Of a stretch of 64,000 bases of DNA, positions 26,619 through 37,350 are shown piece by piece. This DNA is from Candidatus Magasanikiibacteriota bacterium. GTDB taxonomy: Bacteria; Patescibacteriota; Patescibacteriia; Magasanikbacterales; 2-02-FULL-50-9b. The number at the start of each line of letters is the position of its first letter. Within the stretch, counting starts at the first letter, position 1. The stretch spans positions 244-64,243 of the forward strand of contig CALRDW010000005.1 in assembly GCA_943355025.1 (NCBI GenBank), written 5' to 3'. A model generated the notes under the pieces. That model had not been told where the DNA came from and ran no database searches. It worked only from the letters and a program-made list of their open reading frames with translations. Both the position numbers and the translations under genes were made by a program.

Positions 26619-26816
26619 TTACCATTCCTTTTCGCGATCATAATCGCGCGCATCCTCGTCTGCCTGTTTACTGCCACGCCGAACAATCTCATCATCTTTT
26701 ACGTCTCCAAATTCGGGTTGCTGTTTATCTGGCAACGGAATCGGCTCTTCGTTTGGATTTGGTGCCTGGAGCGGTATACCCACTCCAGGCCGCTGTGGTT
26801 TAAAAGTGTGTTCCAT
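26619..26816 (-). CDS. hypothetical small acidic, Pro-rich protein (65 aa)
   Basis: ATG 8 nt after a TATACT -10, so leaderless-like. Convergent with the vWA gene. Confidence 0.25.
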   Translation of the reverse strand: MEHTFKPQRPGVGIPLQAPNPNEEPIPLPDKQQPEFGDVKDDEIVRRGSKQADEDARDYDREKEW

Positions 26817-26928
26817 AGAACACTAGTATAACAAACGCGACGCGTTCATACATACCCCCCAGGGACACTATCTCTTCTGTGGGTTCCAAGGTATACTAGG
26901 CTCAAATTCGTTTTTTATTTCTTTTTCT

Positions 26929-29900
26929 ATGTTCAAAGGAACTTCGCTGCGGCGAATAAGCCCCATCTTTTTGGGTGTACTATTCGCTGCAGCTTTTTTT
27001 GTTGAAAGTGCTCACGCGCAAACAACAAGCACGACACCCTCCGTCACGATTCCGGCTGCCCCATCAGAATTAACAGGTTCTATTTTTAATAATGTTTCTG
27101 GTCCAAATGTTTCATTGCATGTGACTGATAACGCGAACAATGAAACCGAGTATCGTTTATATTGGCATCTCATAGGGGCTGCATGGCCGAGCACATTTCA
27201 GTCAACCAGCGCAATCGGTACAAGTGGTACATGGGGATTCCCTGCTAATTCAGGGGGATTTCAGTTGGCCACGCCCCCACAAAGCGGTACCTATGAGTAC
27301 CAAGTAAAGGCATGCAATTCTGCAGGCTGTTCTGATTCAAATATTGTACAAATTGCAATTACTGCAAAACCAGCTGCACCGTCGAATCTTAATTTCGATC
27401 CAGCCCCGCTCACAGACAGGATTTATTTGAAATGGAATGACAATTCCTCTGATGAGGCAGGGTTCTATGTTGACCGCAAATTTATTACTGACACAAATTA
27501 CGCGGGATCTCTCCATTGGGCAACACTTCCTGCAAATACAACAATGTTTACTGACATGAACGTTGTGCCTGGTCAGCGCTATGATTATCGTGTGTCGGCC
27601 TATAATTCTACGGGCACTTCGGATGCTGTCTATCGCTCGAATGTGATGACAACGCCTGCCACACCCGCTGACACAACTTCGCCATCAGTGCCTGCAAGTG
27701 TATATGTCACACTGATTCCGAACTCTTCAAGTGTAAATCTCTATTGGAGCCCTTCCACTGACAATGTTGGCGTCACGGGTTACAAAGTTTATCAGAATGG
27801 AATTTTTCTGCTCGATGTACCGAGCACACTCACCCCTTCTGTTGGTAACTTGTCATCAGGCCAATACTATTCTGTAGCAGCATACGACGCTGCCGGCAAC
27901 GTCTCAAACGTAAGTCCATCAGTTTCAGGAACAACACCGAGTAGTAATCCAACTTCCCCCACCTCGACACCAGTTATTACTGCGCCAATTCCGTTTGTGA
28001 ATACCACCTCAACTCCTACGACAAGCGCGCCGGTCATTCCAACGCCAACTCCACCACCAACCATGTCATATGGATCGTGGCCAAGTACACAAACAGATTG
28101 CCAAAGCTTTTCTGGTAGATGGTGTTCAACTATCGGTTCATCGTATAGCGGTGGCAGTGGCGGCTATTGTCAAATGGCAAACATGACATGTCCAGTGATG
28201 CCACGTTCAGGCTACATGAGCTGTTGGGACAAATCAGAGGTACCAAATGGCGGTAACTGCCCCGTCATGCCACAAAACCAAACAGACTGTACTAAGATGG
28301 GCAAGAATTGGTGCAGCAGTACCTATGGAGGTCCAAATAACGGTTGGTGCAGTCCTGACATCTGCCAAATGATGACCCCACCAGGCCAAATGACATGTCC
28401 GGATGGTAAAACTTTCGTAACTTCATTCGATAATTGCCCACGCACTAACGTGACAACTCCCCTTCCAGTCATTCCAAATCCTGAATTTACGACGTGCCCC
28501 ACTGGCAAAGTTGTTCGCAAAGGAGATCCGTGCCCAGCGCCGGATGCGACGGTAACTTGCGCAAATGGCACAACAGCGCCAACAATTACCGCCTGTCCAC
28601 CAATCGAAGTTAAACAGGATGAAATCACAAAGTGCTTGAATACAGGAAATGTGTGGTGCCCCGACACTAAAGGTCAAACAACGGGTTGGTGTCAGATGAG
28701 TCGCGGTCCGTGTGTTAAACCACTCATGGGACCGCCACTGCCTGAGCCAGCGGTTCAATATCGGCCGCTGACGGCGCGCGAGATTCGTGATATGGAGCGC
28801 ACACGCAAAAATTTTATACAGGAGCTTGGTCAGATGCAATCAGCCGCAAAACGTGCCAAGGAGGATGCACTGCTCACAAAGATTACTGCGGAGCGCAAGA
28901 GTATCGAGACCGTAAAGCTTCTTGATTCTTCAGCATTCGACATCATGTCGTCGTTTGGTGACGACATGACAGATTTGCGCGATGCGACATCACAGATTGA
29001 TACGGGTGGCGGAAGTGGGCTTGATGAAAAGCAGGAAGCAAAAGCCCTTAAGCAGATGAAGCAAGGCGCGAAATCGTTCGTTCGTACACTTACCGCAAAG
29101 AAAAGTCAGATTGATAAATTGGTTAAACAAGGCGTGAGCGTTGATTCAGATATTATTGATTTAGTGACACAGGCGCTTGAAATTGCTAATAAAGTTGGTG
29201 CGGCAACAACATACGACGATGTGCGCAGTCTGATGGAACAGATACCGAATTTGGCAGAGCAATTGAATGATGCGTTTCAAAAATTGGAAATGTTGTCTCG
29301 TTTGCCGCGCGCACTTGCGATTATTGACCGCGAGATCGTAAACACGAACCGTGTGGTTAAACAAGCACAAACACAGGCGCTCCGCCGTGGCATTCAGGAA
29401 AACGATTTGGTTCAAAAAATGTCACAGACACTCACAGATGCACGCACGGGTGCAGATTCAGTTCGTTCGGGCAAGGTTGCCGCAGACGACGTGTTCGACT
29501 TTATTCAATCGGATATTCTCGACAAGCTGCAGGATGCACGAGACACTGCGTCGGGCGTGATAGCGGTTGCAAACGCACAAGCAACGGTTGGCAAAATCAA
29601 AGTACAGATTGCGCAATACACAAAACGCATTCGTACATTGAATAAAGCAGGTCAAGATACCAGCGCCGCGAGCTCTCTTGTTGCAGATCTCAGCACACAA
29701 AACAGCTCTCTTCAAAATCTGACTTCGGCTAAATTAACTTCAGACACTGCGGAAAAAATTGTTGAGGCGCTCGATGCAATTCATCAAACAGTTCAAGATC
29801 TAGAGAGCGCTCTTGGTCTCGCAAAACCAAATGCAGTGATTGACGAGTTACGTCAGTCACTCAATCATGGTGGTCAATCGTTCGATGAAATTCGTGTGAA

Positions 29901-29994
29901 TGATCTTGAAAAATTGATTGTGCGTGCGCACAGCCGCGCGCACTTCGCTGATTCGTTGATTACGCGTACAAAAAATATCGCTCTAGCGGAATAG
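26929..29994 (+). CDS. large secreted surface protein: signal peptide, FN3-like domains, Thr/Pro linker, Cys-rich repeats, long C-terminal coiled coil
   Basis: Signal peptide FLGVLFAAAFFVESAHA. FN3-like motif YLKWNDNSSDEAGFYVDRKF. Repeated C..W C..G..GWC modules. About 400 aa of heptad-rich sequence. Confidence 0.6.
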   Translation: MFKGTSLRRISPIFLGVLFAAAFFVESAHAQTTSTTPSVTIPAAPSELTGSIFNNVSGPNVSLHVTDNANNETEYRLYWHLIGAAWPSTFQSTSAIGTSGTWGFPANSGGFQLATPPQSGTYEYQVKACNSAGCSDSNIVQIAITAKPAAPSNLNFDPAPLTDRIYLKWNDNSSDEAGFYVDRKFITDTNYAGSLHWATLPANTTMFTDMNVVPGQRYDYRVSAYNSTGTSDAVYRSNVMTTPATPADTTSPSVPASVYVTLIPNSSSVNLYWSPSTDNVGVTGYKVYQNGIFLLDVPSTLTPSVGNLSSGQYYSVAAYDAAGNVSNVSPSVSGTTPSSNPTSPTSTPVITAPIPFVNTTSTPTTSAPVIPTPTPPPTMSYGSWPSTQTDCQSFSGRWCSTIGSSYSGGSGGYCQMANMTCPVMPRSGYMSCWDKSEVPNGGNCPVMPQNQTDCTKMGKNWCSSTYGGPNNGWCSPDICQMMTPPGQMTCPDGKTFVTSFDNCPRTNVTTPLPVIPNPEFTTCPTGKVVRKGDPCPAPDATVTCANGTTAPTITACPPIEVKQDEITKCLNTGNVWCPDTKGQTTGWCQMSRGPCVKPLMGPPLPEPAVQYRPLTAREIRDMERTRKNFIQELGQMQSAAKRAKEDALLTKITAERKSIETVKLLDSSAFDIMSSFGDDMTDLRDATSQIDTGGGSGLDEKQEAKALKQMKQGAKSFVRTLTAKKSQIDKLVKQGVSVDSDIIDLVTQALEIANKVGAATTYDDVRSLMEQIPNLAEQLNDAFQKLEMLSRLPRALAIIDREIVNTNRVVKQAQTQALRRGIQENDLVQKMSQTLTDARTGADSVRSGKVAADDVFDFIQSDILDKLQDARDTASGVIAVANAQATVGKIKVQIAQYTKRIRTLNKAGQDTSAASSLVADLSTQNSSLQNLTSAKLTSDTAEKIVEALDAIHQTVQDLESALGLAKPNAVIDELRQSLNHGGQSFDEIRVNDLEKLIVRAHSRAHFADSLITRTKNIALAE

Positions 29995-30043
29995 CCACAC
30001 TCGTGATTTGCTCGGTTTGGATACAGTTGGGCCATAAAAAGTT

Positions 30044-30066
30044 AAGCCCCGCACGGGGCTTTTCTT
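30044..30066 (+). terminator. bidirectional rho-independent terminator
   Basis: aagccccg cacg gggctt stem with T-runs on both strands. Confidence 0.55.
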
Positions 30067-30143
30067 AATTATAAAAAAACCTCACTCGCACACATCAAAT
30101 CCTTTTGGGAATTCAACGTGTGCGAATGAGGACACTATGTTCA

Positions 30144-30737
30144 TCAAGGGGCCGCAACAATTTGGTCGCGCTGGTCTCTTTTGGTGAACGCATTGATAAC
30201 GAGCCCGATGCCAAGGACAAGAAGCGCCAACGTGACGACGAGCAAAATGCCGCCCACAATCACAATTTCGCCGCCCATACCGTCACCACAGTAGCCGTAG
30301 CCAGACATCCCGGAGCCGCAATCCATCGAATCGCTCTTCATCCCAGTGCATGTTTGTGCACAGAGAAGCGATCCGAATAAAAATGCTGATCCAGTGCCGA
30401 AGCTACAAACCCGCCGGAGCAGATTTCCGAGAACACTTCCGCATCTCTTCATCCGTGAGCCCCAATTCGATCGACTGATCGAATTTTTTCGAAGCGCGTA
30501 AGCCACAAGTGTGCATGCATTAAATGCAGCAGACAGGCTGCCGTACACGATCAAAGGGTGATCTCGGAATTCAAACATGAGAAGTTGACCGCTCACGATC
30601 ATCAAGGTGAACCCGCCAAAGTACAAGGTGCTGAGCGTTGCGATATCACCGCGATAAACGCTCCGCACCGTGTAGGCTATGACGACGAGCACCAAAACGA
30701 TACCAAAGATAGTGAAAATGATTGGGAACATGGACAA
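30144..30737 (-). CDS. hypothetical polytopic membrane protein (Cys/Gly-rich loop)
   Basis: Multiple hydrophobic helices. AGGAG RBS. Confidence 0.45.
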   Translation of the reverse strand: MSMFPIIFTIFGIVLVLVVIAYTVRSVYRGDIATLSTLYFGGFTLMIVSGQLLMFEFRDHPLIVYGSLSAAFNACTLVAYALRKNSISRSNWGSRMKRCGSVLGNLLRRVCSFGTGSAFLFGSLLCAQTCTGMKSDSMDCGSGMSGYGYCGDGMGGEIVIVGGILLVVTLALLVLGIGLVINAFTKRDQRDQIVAAP

Positions 30738-30816
30738 CTCCTAATTATTTAGTTGTTAAAGACTCATTTAATTCAGTCGTCGACTTTTAGCTTTTTTGCT
30801 TAAAATCGAACAAATT

Positions 30817-30849
30817 AATATAACATAAAAATGGGGTTTTGTCAACCCC
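30817..30849 (-). promoter_or_regulatory. rlmD terminator hairpin that also supplies the -35 of the downstream membrane-protein promoter
   Basis: Minus strand reads hairpin ggggtTTGACAaaacccc then atttttat. TTGACA, a 17-nt spacer, TATATT. Confidence 0.4.
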
Positions 30850-30871
30850 CTCACCCTAATTTCCTTTTATT

Positions 30872-32089
30872 TTAGCCTTTAATCGCCTCAAACCGCGCGA
30901 TTGTTTCAATATGCGGCGTGTGTGGGAACATGTCGACAGCTTCGAGTGCCACCAATGTGTAAACTTTTTGCAATTCGAGCATTTCGCGCGCGAGTTGTTC
31001 GTAGTTGCAGGAGACGTAAATGAGTTCCGGAATGCGCTGGGCGCAGAGCCATTCTACAACTTTCGGATGCAGACCCATGCGCGGAGGATCAACAACAATC
31101 GAGTCGGGCGCAAAATCTTTGACTATCGCCGGCCCGTCGCCACGCACCCACTCTTCCATCGACGCTGCCGCAAATTCAGCCTCGACATTATTTAATTTTG
31201 CATTTTCGCGTGCGAGTTCAATCGCCGCGCTATCCAGCTCAACACCAAACGCTTTTTTGCCGTGTGCGGCAAAGTCAATCGTAAAAAATCCGAGACCGCA
31301 GTACAAATCAAGCACACGCGAACCATGCACATGCGCGCGCACGCGTTGTTGCAAAATTTCTGCACCTTCGGAATTTGTTTGAAAAAACGATGACGGAAAA
31401 ATTTTGTATGTGTAGTCATTAATTTTTTCAGTCAAAAATTCTGGGCCCATCAATAATGTCATCTCGCTGGGAATTGAAATGTCCGTTATTGTTGGATTCA
31501 CACCATGATATAAAGTCGTGCATGATGATTTTAATCTGCGCACGAGCTCGGGCCATATTTCCGCCGACGTTTCACCCATTGTGTCTTCGGCCGTCACAAT
31601 CATAATCATCCGCTCCCCTGTTCGCTTGCCCTCGCGAATTACCACATAGCGCACGAACCCGTGGTAGCGCACATTGTTCCAGCCCTTCAAATTAAACGCG
31701 GCCATCCAATCGCGCACAAGCTGCAAAATTTCCGGCGTCTCTTTTGAGAGTAAAAAGCATTCTTTTAAATCGAGCACATCGCGCCATTTGCCAAAGGGCT
31801 TCAAGCCAATTTCATCGTTCTCACCAACTGGATAGTCCATGCGATTACGATAAAACCACTGTGACGGCGACGATGTAATTGCGTCTTTTTCAAGCCGCGC
31901 CTCCAAACCATTTTTCTCGAACGCACGATTTACGAGTTGGCGCTTAAGTTCAACCTGATCCTTATACTCGATATTTTGCATAAGGCAGCCGCCACATTCG
32001 CCAAAATACCGGCATCGCGCCTTAATGTGGCGCATGCCCTCTGATAATTCCTCGATGACCGATAGTTTTTCGCGCTTCCCTTTTTTCAT
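30872..32089 (-). CDS. rlmD: 23S rRNA (uracil-C5)-methyltransferase, RlmD/RumA family
   Basis: Fe-S motif CRYFGECGGCLMQ. SAM motif DLYCGLGFFT. Catalytic VSCN. Confidence 0.75.
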   Translation of the reverse strand: MKKGKREKLSVIEELSEGMRHIKARCRYFGECGGCLMQNIEYKDQVELKRQLVNRAFEKNGLEARLEKDAITSSPSQWFYRNRMDYPVGENDEIGLKPFGKWRDVLDLKECFLLSKETPEILQLVRDWMAAFNLKGWNNVRYHGFVRYVVIREGKRTGERMIMIVTAEDTMGETSAEIWPELVRRLKSSCTTLYHGVNPTITDISIPSEMTLLMGPEFLTEKINDYTYKIFPSSFFQTNSEGAEILQQRVRAHVHGSRVLDLYCGLGFFTIDFAAHGKKAFGVELDSAAIELARENAKLNNVEAEFAAASMEEWVRGDGPAIVKDFAPDSIVVDPPRMGLHPKVVEWLCAQRIPELIYVSCNYEQLAREMLELQKVYTLVALEAVDMFPHTPHIETIARFEAIKG

Positions 32090-32179
32090 GCGTGTAGCGT
32101 ATCAGACGTGCTTCATATTGACAAACCCCTGATTGTGCCATACAGTGGTCAAATAATATCAAGAATACAGGAGTCAACG

Positions 32180-32512
32180 ATGGCAGGTTTGAAAGGTCGT
32201 GTAAAAATGTGGACACGGCTCCGCCGAAATGTGAGCTGCTCAAAGGATAAACTGATGGGCTCCCCAAAATTCAGACCAAACCCACGACCTGTTCTCGGCG
32301 AATGGGCGTGTGCATTCTGCGGATTTCAAGCGCTCAAAGTCCGATTCAGAAAACGAGTTGAAATTAAAGAAAAGCAAGAAATCATTCTCGTGTGTCCAGA
32401 GTGTGGAACACAAGAAGACATTTTTCCTACGGACGACGAGGGTTGGCCAGGTCAAAAACACGGCGAGGACGAACATGCTGAAGATCTGGAGATTAATGAG
32501 GAAAACTGGTGA
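32180..32512 (+). CDS. hypothetical zinc-ribbon protein (CxxC...CxxC), acidic C-terminus
   Basis: AGGAG RBS before ATG 32180. WACAFCG and CPECG motifs. Confidence 0.4.
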   Translation: MAGLKGRVKMWTRLRRNVSCSKDKLMGSPKFRPNPRPVLGEWACAFCGFQALKVRFRKRVEIKEKQEIILVCPECGTQEDIFPTDDEGWPGQKHGEDEHAEDLEINEENW

Positions 32513-32636
32513 ATCAATTCGCGTGTGCGAGCACTTAGCAGACTCTTTTCTGCGTGGCGCTCGCTTTTTTATTGACAATTTGAGCAGAACACGGCACTAT
32601 AAGCGCCGAACTACAATCGCCAAGGAGGGCTTTCAG

Positions 32637-33614
32637 ATGAAACTTCGTGGAATCGAATTTGGGCATGTGCTCGACGCGTCAGGTGCGCGGAACTTTGACG
32701 GAAGTGGCTGGTGGTATCATCGGCTCGGTAAACTGGTTGGCCTCAGCTTTGATGGCTCAACGTTCGTTGCAAAAACAACAACAGCCTATGCAAATCCGGG
32801 CAACATGGCCCTGAAGAGCGACGGTATGACACCAAAAAGTTTCATGCCAGACTGCATCTGGATGGATAGCGACCAAGGAATCGCGCTGAACGCCGTTGGC
32901 CTTTCGGGTTTCGGTGCTGAGCATCTGTTCGAAAACGCGGGTTGGGAAAAACGAACGGAACCTTTTTTTCTGTCGTTTATGGCACTGCTGGGAATTACTG
33001 GGTCAACGCCGAACCAACAAACGTATGAGTTTTCCGAATTGGTTCGCCGATATGTCCCGAACTTTCGCGCGCCGATCGGTATTCAGCTCAACGTATCGTG
33101 TCCAAATGTTGGCGCGCTTATGGTGCCGGAAGTGCGTGCGATCAATAATGTACATGAACAACTCGATATTTTGGCATGCACGGGCGTTCCGCTCATGCTC
33201 AAAATTTCAGTCACTACCCCAATTCGCGTCGTCTTACGGATGGCAGCACACGCTGCATGCGACGCAATTTGTGTCTCCAACACTGTGCCATTTGGTGCAT
33301 TGTCCGAAAAAATCAACTGGATTCGTTTGTTCGGAACTGTTGATCCAAAACACTCGCCGCTTGCAAAATATGGTGGTGGTGGACTCTCAGGAGCCCCACT
33401 TCTCGCGCTTACAGAAGCGTGGGTGCGCGACGCGCGTGCGGCACAGTTTCAAAAAGCGATTAACGCTGGCGGAGGCATTTTGTGTCCTGCTGACGCAGAT
33501 CGTTTGATTGATGCGGGTGCGGATAGTGTATTTCTTGGTTCGATCGCGTTCCTTCGGCCGTGGCAAGTTGCCCGAACGATCCGGCACGCCAATAAACGGT
33601 TCAAAAACCGATAG
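32637..33614 (+). CDS. pyrD: dihydroorotate dehydrogenase
   Basis: GIQLNVSCPNV, YGGGGLSGAPL, GADSVFLGSIAF. AAGGAGG RBS. Start at M110 of the listed ORF. Confidence 0.8.
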   Translation: MKLRGIEFGHVLDASGARNFDGSGWWYHRLGKLVGLSFDGSTFVAKTTTAYANPGNMALKSDGMTPKSFMPDCIWMDSDQGIALNAVGLSGFGAEHLFENAGWEKRTEPFFLSFMALLGITGSTPNQQTYEFSELVRRYVPNFRAPIGIQLNVSCPNVGALMVPEVRAINNVHEQLDILACTGVPLMLKISVTTPIRVVLRMAAHAACDAICVSNTVPFGALSEKINWIRLFGTVDPKHSPLAKYGGGGLSGAPLLALTEAWVRDARAAQFQKAINAGGGILCPADADRLIDAGADSVFLGSIAFLRPWQVARTIRHANKRFKNR

Positions 33615-33624
33615 GAGACAAGAG

Positions 33625-34668
33625 ATGGAAAGACTGCTCATCCGTCGGCCGTGGGACATGCATGTTCACTTCCGACAAGGCGAGGTGCTCGACGGCCTCG
33701 TGCGCGAAACTGCGCGTTACTGTGCAGGAGCACTCGTGATGCCCAATACGTCGCCGCCAATTCTTACGTATGAGGATGCGCTTGAATATGAATTCCGCAT
33801 AAAAAATGTTGCGAATCGTGCGGGGTATCAACACTTCAAGCCACTTATGGCGCTCAAGCTCGCACAAAACACGAGCGAGCAAACAATTTGGCGTGCAGCG
33901 AGCTCGATAAACTCGATCGTCAAAGCAGTCAAGTTGTATCCGCGAGGTGTGACCACAAATACATCCGATGGAGTGAGCGCTCCGCTTGAGAAAAACTTGC
34001 AAAAAGTTTACGCGGCAATGCAGGAGGTTGGCATGGTGCTTTCCATACATTGCGAAGATCCGAATGCGGACGTGTTCGCAGCAGAAGAACAGTACTTGCC
34101 CGTGGTCGGCTTGCTGACACATTTGTTTCCAGATTTACGAATAGTGCTCGAGCATGTCAGTACGCGTGCCGCAGTTGAGTTTGTTCAGCAATCAGGCCCG
34201 AATGTTGCTGCAACAATAACTGCGCATCACATGCGGTTCAATCGAAATCATCTGCTCAAAGATGGTTTGCGTCCGCATCTATATTGCAAACCGATCCTTA
34301 AAACCGAAAACGATCGACAGGCTGTACATGCAGCCGCGGTTTCTGGAAATCCCACGTTCTTTCTCGGTTCAGACAGCGCGCCGCATCCAAAAAATGCGAA
34401 AGAGACTTCATGCTGTGCTGCCGGCGTATTCACAGCGCCGATTCTCATACCGCTGCTCGCAGAATCTTTTGAAGATGCGCGAATGTTGGACCGGCTTGAA
34501 GGATTTGCGTCGATATACGGACCCCAATTCTACGGAATTGTTCCGCGGCAAAGTGCAGCGCTCCTAACGCTCGTGCGCGAGACAGAACAAATTCCGCATC
34601 CGCGAAGCAGCGAAGCAGCGGTTCTCCCGCTTGCTGGTGAATCGCTTCGGTGGAGAATTCAGTACTGA
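33625..34668 (+). CDS. pyrC: dihydroorotase, type II
   Basis: RRPWDMHVHFRQG...ALVMPNTSPP...FFLGSDSAPHPK. AGGAGA RBS. Start at M40 of the listed ORF. Confidence 0.8.
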   Translation: MERLLIRRPWDMHVHFRQGEVLDGLVRETARYCAGALVMPNTSPPILTYEDALEYEFRIKNVANRAGYQHFKPLMALKLAQNTSEQTIWRAASSINSIVKAVKLYPRGVTTNTSDGVSAPLEKNLQKVYAAMQEVGMVLSIHCEDPNADVFAAEEQYLPVVGLLTHLFPDLRIVLEHVSTRAAVEFVQQSGPNVAATITAHHMRFNRNHLLKDGLRPHLYCKPILKTENDRQAVHAAAVSGNPTFFLGSDSAPHPKNAKETSCCAAGVFTAPILIPLLAESFEDARMLDRLEGFASIYGPQFYGIVPRQSAALLTLVRETEQIPHPRSSEAAVLPLAGESLRWRIQY

Positions 34669-34729
34669 AAGAAAGTTTTGATGGTGATGATTGGTTAGTG
34701 CGTTAAGCACAACCTCTCGTCACCGTTTT

Positions 34730-37276
34730 TTATTTTTGATCTTTTTCAAGAACTTTTTTTAAATATTTTCCCGTCAAACTATTTTTATTATTCGCGACGT
34801 CCTCTGGTGTTCCATTTGCAACAAGCGCACCCCCTTCGTCTCCCCCACCCGGACCTAAATCAATAATCCAATCTGCGGATTTAATTATATCGAGATTGTG
34901 TTCGATGACAAGTGCTGTATTACCGCGGTCAACAATTTTTTGAATGACCTCGAGAAGTTTTTGAATATCGGCAAAATGCAAACCGGTTGTTGGCTCATCA
35001 AGAATATAAAGTGTTCGGCCCTGCGTACGCTTTGAAAGCTCGGCCGCAAGTTTAACGCGCTGCGACTCACCACCAGAAAGTGTTGGGGCGGACTGACCAA
35101 GTTCCAAATACTCAAGACCGACTTGATTTAGCATTTTAAGTTTGTCGTTGATTTGTGGAATATCCTCGAAAAATTTTTCCGCTTCTTCAATCGTCATCTT
35201 CAGAATTTGTGATATATTTTTTTCCTTATACGTAACTTCGAGCGTCTCGCGATCAAATCGCGCGCCTTTACACACTTCACACGGAACCCACACGGTCGGC
35301 AAAAAATGCATTTCAATCGCAACTTCGCCATGTCCTTCGCAGTGTTCGCAGCGACCACCGGCAACATTAAAACTAAACCGACTCGGACGATAACCACGCG
35401 CTTTTGCTTCGGGGGTTGTTGAAAATAATTCACGAATTGGCGACCACGCACCCGTGTATGTCGCTGGATTGCTGCGCGATGTTCGACCAATTGCTGATTG
35501 ATCGACCATGATTACGCGCTCAACATATTCAAGTCCTTTGATATCTTTATGTTTGCCCGGCAACGATCCCGCATTATTAAGTCGCCGATGCACTGCTTTA
35601 AATAGAATATCGTGGACGAGCGTTGATTTGCCGCTGCCCGAAACACCTGTCACACAAACAAAACGACGAAGCGGAATTTCAACATCGATATTCCGCAAAT
35701 TATTTTGTGATGCGCCAATTACTCGAAGTGTATCATGAACTTTTGCGCGTCTCTTTTTAGGGAGTTCGATTTTTTTCTCGCCCGTCATGTACTGCACGGT
35801 CAAAGATTTTGATTTTTTTTCTTTCAACAATTTTTGTACATCGCCCTGTGCAACAATATGCCCACCATGAACGCCCGCGCCAGGCCCGAACTCAACTAAA
35901 TAATCCGCTGCACGAATCGTATCCTCGTCATGTTCAACAACAATTATTGTATTCCCAATATCACGCAGATCAATTAATGTTTTTATAAGTTTTTCATTGT
36001 CTGCTTGATGGAGACCAATTGTTGGTTCGTCAAGAACATACAATGCGCCAACGAGTTTTGATCCGATTTGTGAAGCAAGACGAATGCGCTGTGCTTCGCC
36101 GCCAGACAAAGATCCAGCAAGACGGCCGAGTGTTAAATAGTGAAGACCGACATTCAATAAAAATTGCAGACGCGATAAAATTTCGCGCATCGCAGGCTCT
36201 GCGATTTCATGTCGCAACTCATCAAGCTCATTAAAATACCAATTGTCCATGAACTTTTGTGCATCGCGAATTGTCCGAGATGTTAGTTCGACGATACTTG
36301 CGCCGCCAATTTTAACTGAGAGTGCTTCTGGTCTGAGTCGTTTTCCTGCGCATGCTGCACACGGTTTTTCAGAAAATAAAGATTCGGTTCCGATACCAGT
36401 ACATGTCTGGCAATATCCGTAAGGTGAATTAAAACTAAAGAGACGCGGCTCAACTTCGGGAAAGGAAAACCCATCACGTGGACAAGCGAATGTTGTTGAA
36501 AATAATTTTTCTGTTTTATCTGGAAACAAGACGGTGATAAGGCCCGCGCTTTTTTGCAGTGCTGTTTCAATCGCTTCAGACAATCGCTGTCGCTCCGCTT
36601 TTTGCAGATCCTCATCTTTTGATTGTGTGAGTCCTAATACTGGAATTGTGTCGACAACAACTTCGATTGTGTGTTGTTCATACCGACCAAGATTTATTCT
36701 TTTTTTAAGTGAACTAAAAACTCCATCGACACGTACTTCCATAAATCCCGCGTTGTACAAATCGTAGAGCAATTGATAGTACTCGCCTTTGCGTCCGCGA
36801 ACAACGGGCGCGATGACTTTGATTTCTCCTTTCTGAATTTTTCCTAATCCGTTCAAAATTAAATTAATAATTTGCTCAGCGCTCAAACGCTGAATTGGGT
36901 CCCCACATAAAATACAGTGAGGAGTTCCGACGCGCGCAAATAAAACGCGCAAATAATCATAAATCTCCGTAATTGTTGCAACAGTCGATCGCGGATTTGC
37001 GCTGTGTGCTTTTTGATCAATTGCAATTGCAGGTGACAAGCCCTCAATCTCATCAACGTCTGGCTTCTGCATGCCGCCAAGAAATTGACGCGCATACGCG
37101 GAAAGTGACTCAATATATCGACGCTGACCTTCAGCAAAAATTGTATCGAACGCAAGTGATGATTTACCTGAACCCGAAAGCCCCGTAAACACAATCATTT
37201 TATTGCGCGGCAAATCAAGCGAAATATTCTTAAGATTATGTTCGCGAGCACCACGAATTTTGATGAATTCTTGCAT
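34730..37276 (-). CDS. uvrA: excinuclease ABC subunit A
   Basis: [50 protein letters not shown]. Start set at MQEFIKI (M61). Confidence 0.9.
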   Translation of the reverse strand: MQEFIKIRGAREHNLKNISLDLPRNKMIVFTGLSGSGKSSLAFDTIFAEGQRRYIESLSAYARQFLGGMQKPDVDEIEGLSPAIAIDQKAHSANPRSTVATITEIYDYLRVLFARVGTPHCILCGDPIQRLSAEQIINLILNGLGKIQKGEIKVIAPVVRGRKGEYYQLLYDLYNAGFMEVRVDGVFSSLKKRINLGRYEQHTIEVVVDTIPVLGLTQSKDEDLQKAERQRLSEAIETALQKSAGLITVLFPDKTEKLFSTTFACPRDGFSFPEVEPRLFSFNSPYGYCQTCTGIGTESLFSEKPCAACAGKRLRPEALSVKIGGASIVELTSRTIRDAQKFMDNWYFNELDELRHEIAEPAMREILSRLQFLLNVGLHYLTLGRLAGSLSGGEAQRIRLASQIGSKLVGALYVLDEPTIGLHQADNEKLIKTLIDLRDIGNTIIVVEHDEDTIRAADYLVEFGPGAGVHGGHIVAQGDVQKLLKEKKSKSLTVQYMTGEKKIELPKKRRAKVHDTLRVIGASQNNLRNIDVEIPLRRFVCVTGVSGSGKSTLVHDILFKAVHRRLNNAGSLPGKHKDIKGLEYVERVIMVDQSAIGRTSRSNPATYTGAWSPIRELFSTTPEAKARGYRPSRFSFNVAGGRCEHCEGHGEVAIEMHFLPTVWVPCEVCKGARFDRETLEVTYKEKNISQILKMTIEEAEKFFEDIPQINDKLKMLNQVGLEYLELGQSAPTLSGGESQRVKLAAELSKRTQGRTLYILDEPTTGLHFADIQKLLEVIQKIVDRGNTALVIEHNLDIIKSADWIIDLGPGGGDEGGALVANGTPEDVANNKNSLTGKYLKKVLEKDQK

Positions 37277-37350
37277 AGTAAGCGTAAAAAACAGCCCGAA
37301 ATTGGGCGTCACTATAGTGTAGCTGATAGCAGACATCAGTACAAGTGCGA

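Noticed and set aside
27867-28839. Minus-strand ORFs (65 to 138 aa) inside the surface-protein gene
   Set aside because: Antisense to a strongly supported long ORF. Gly/Val-rich low-complexity translations.
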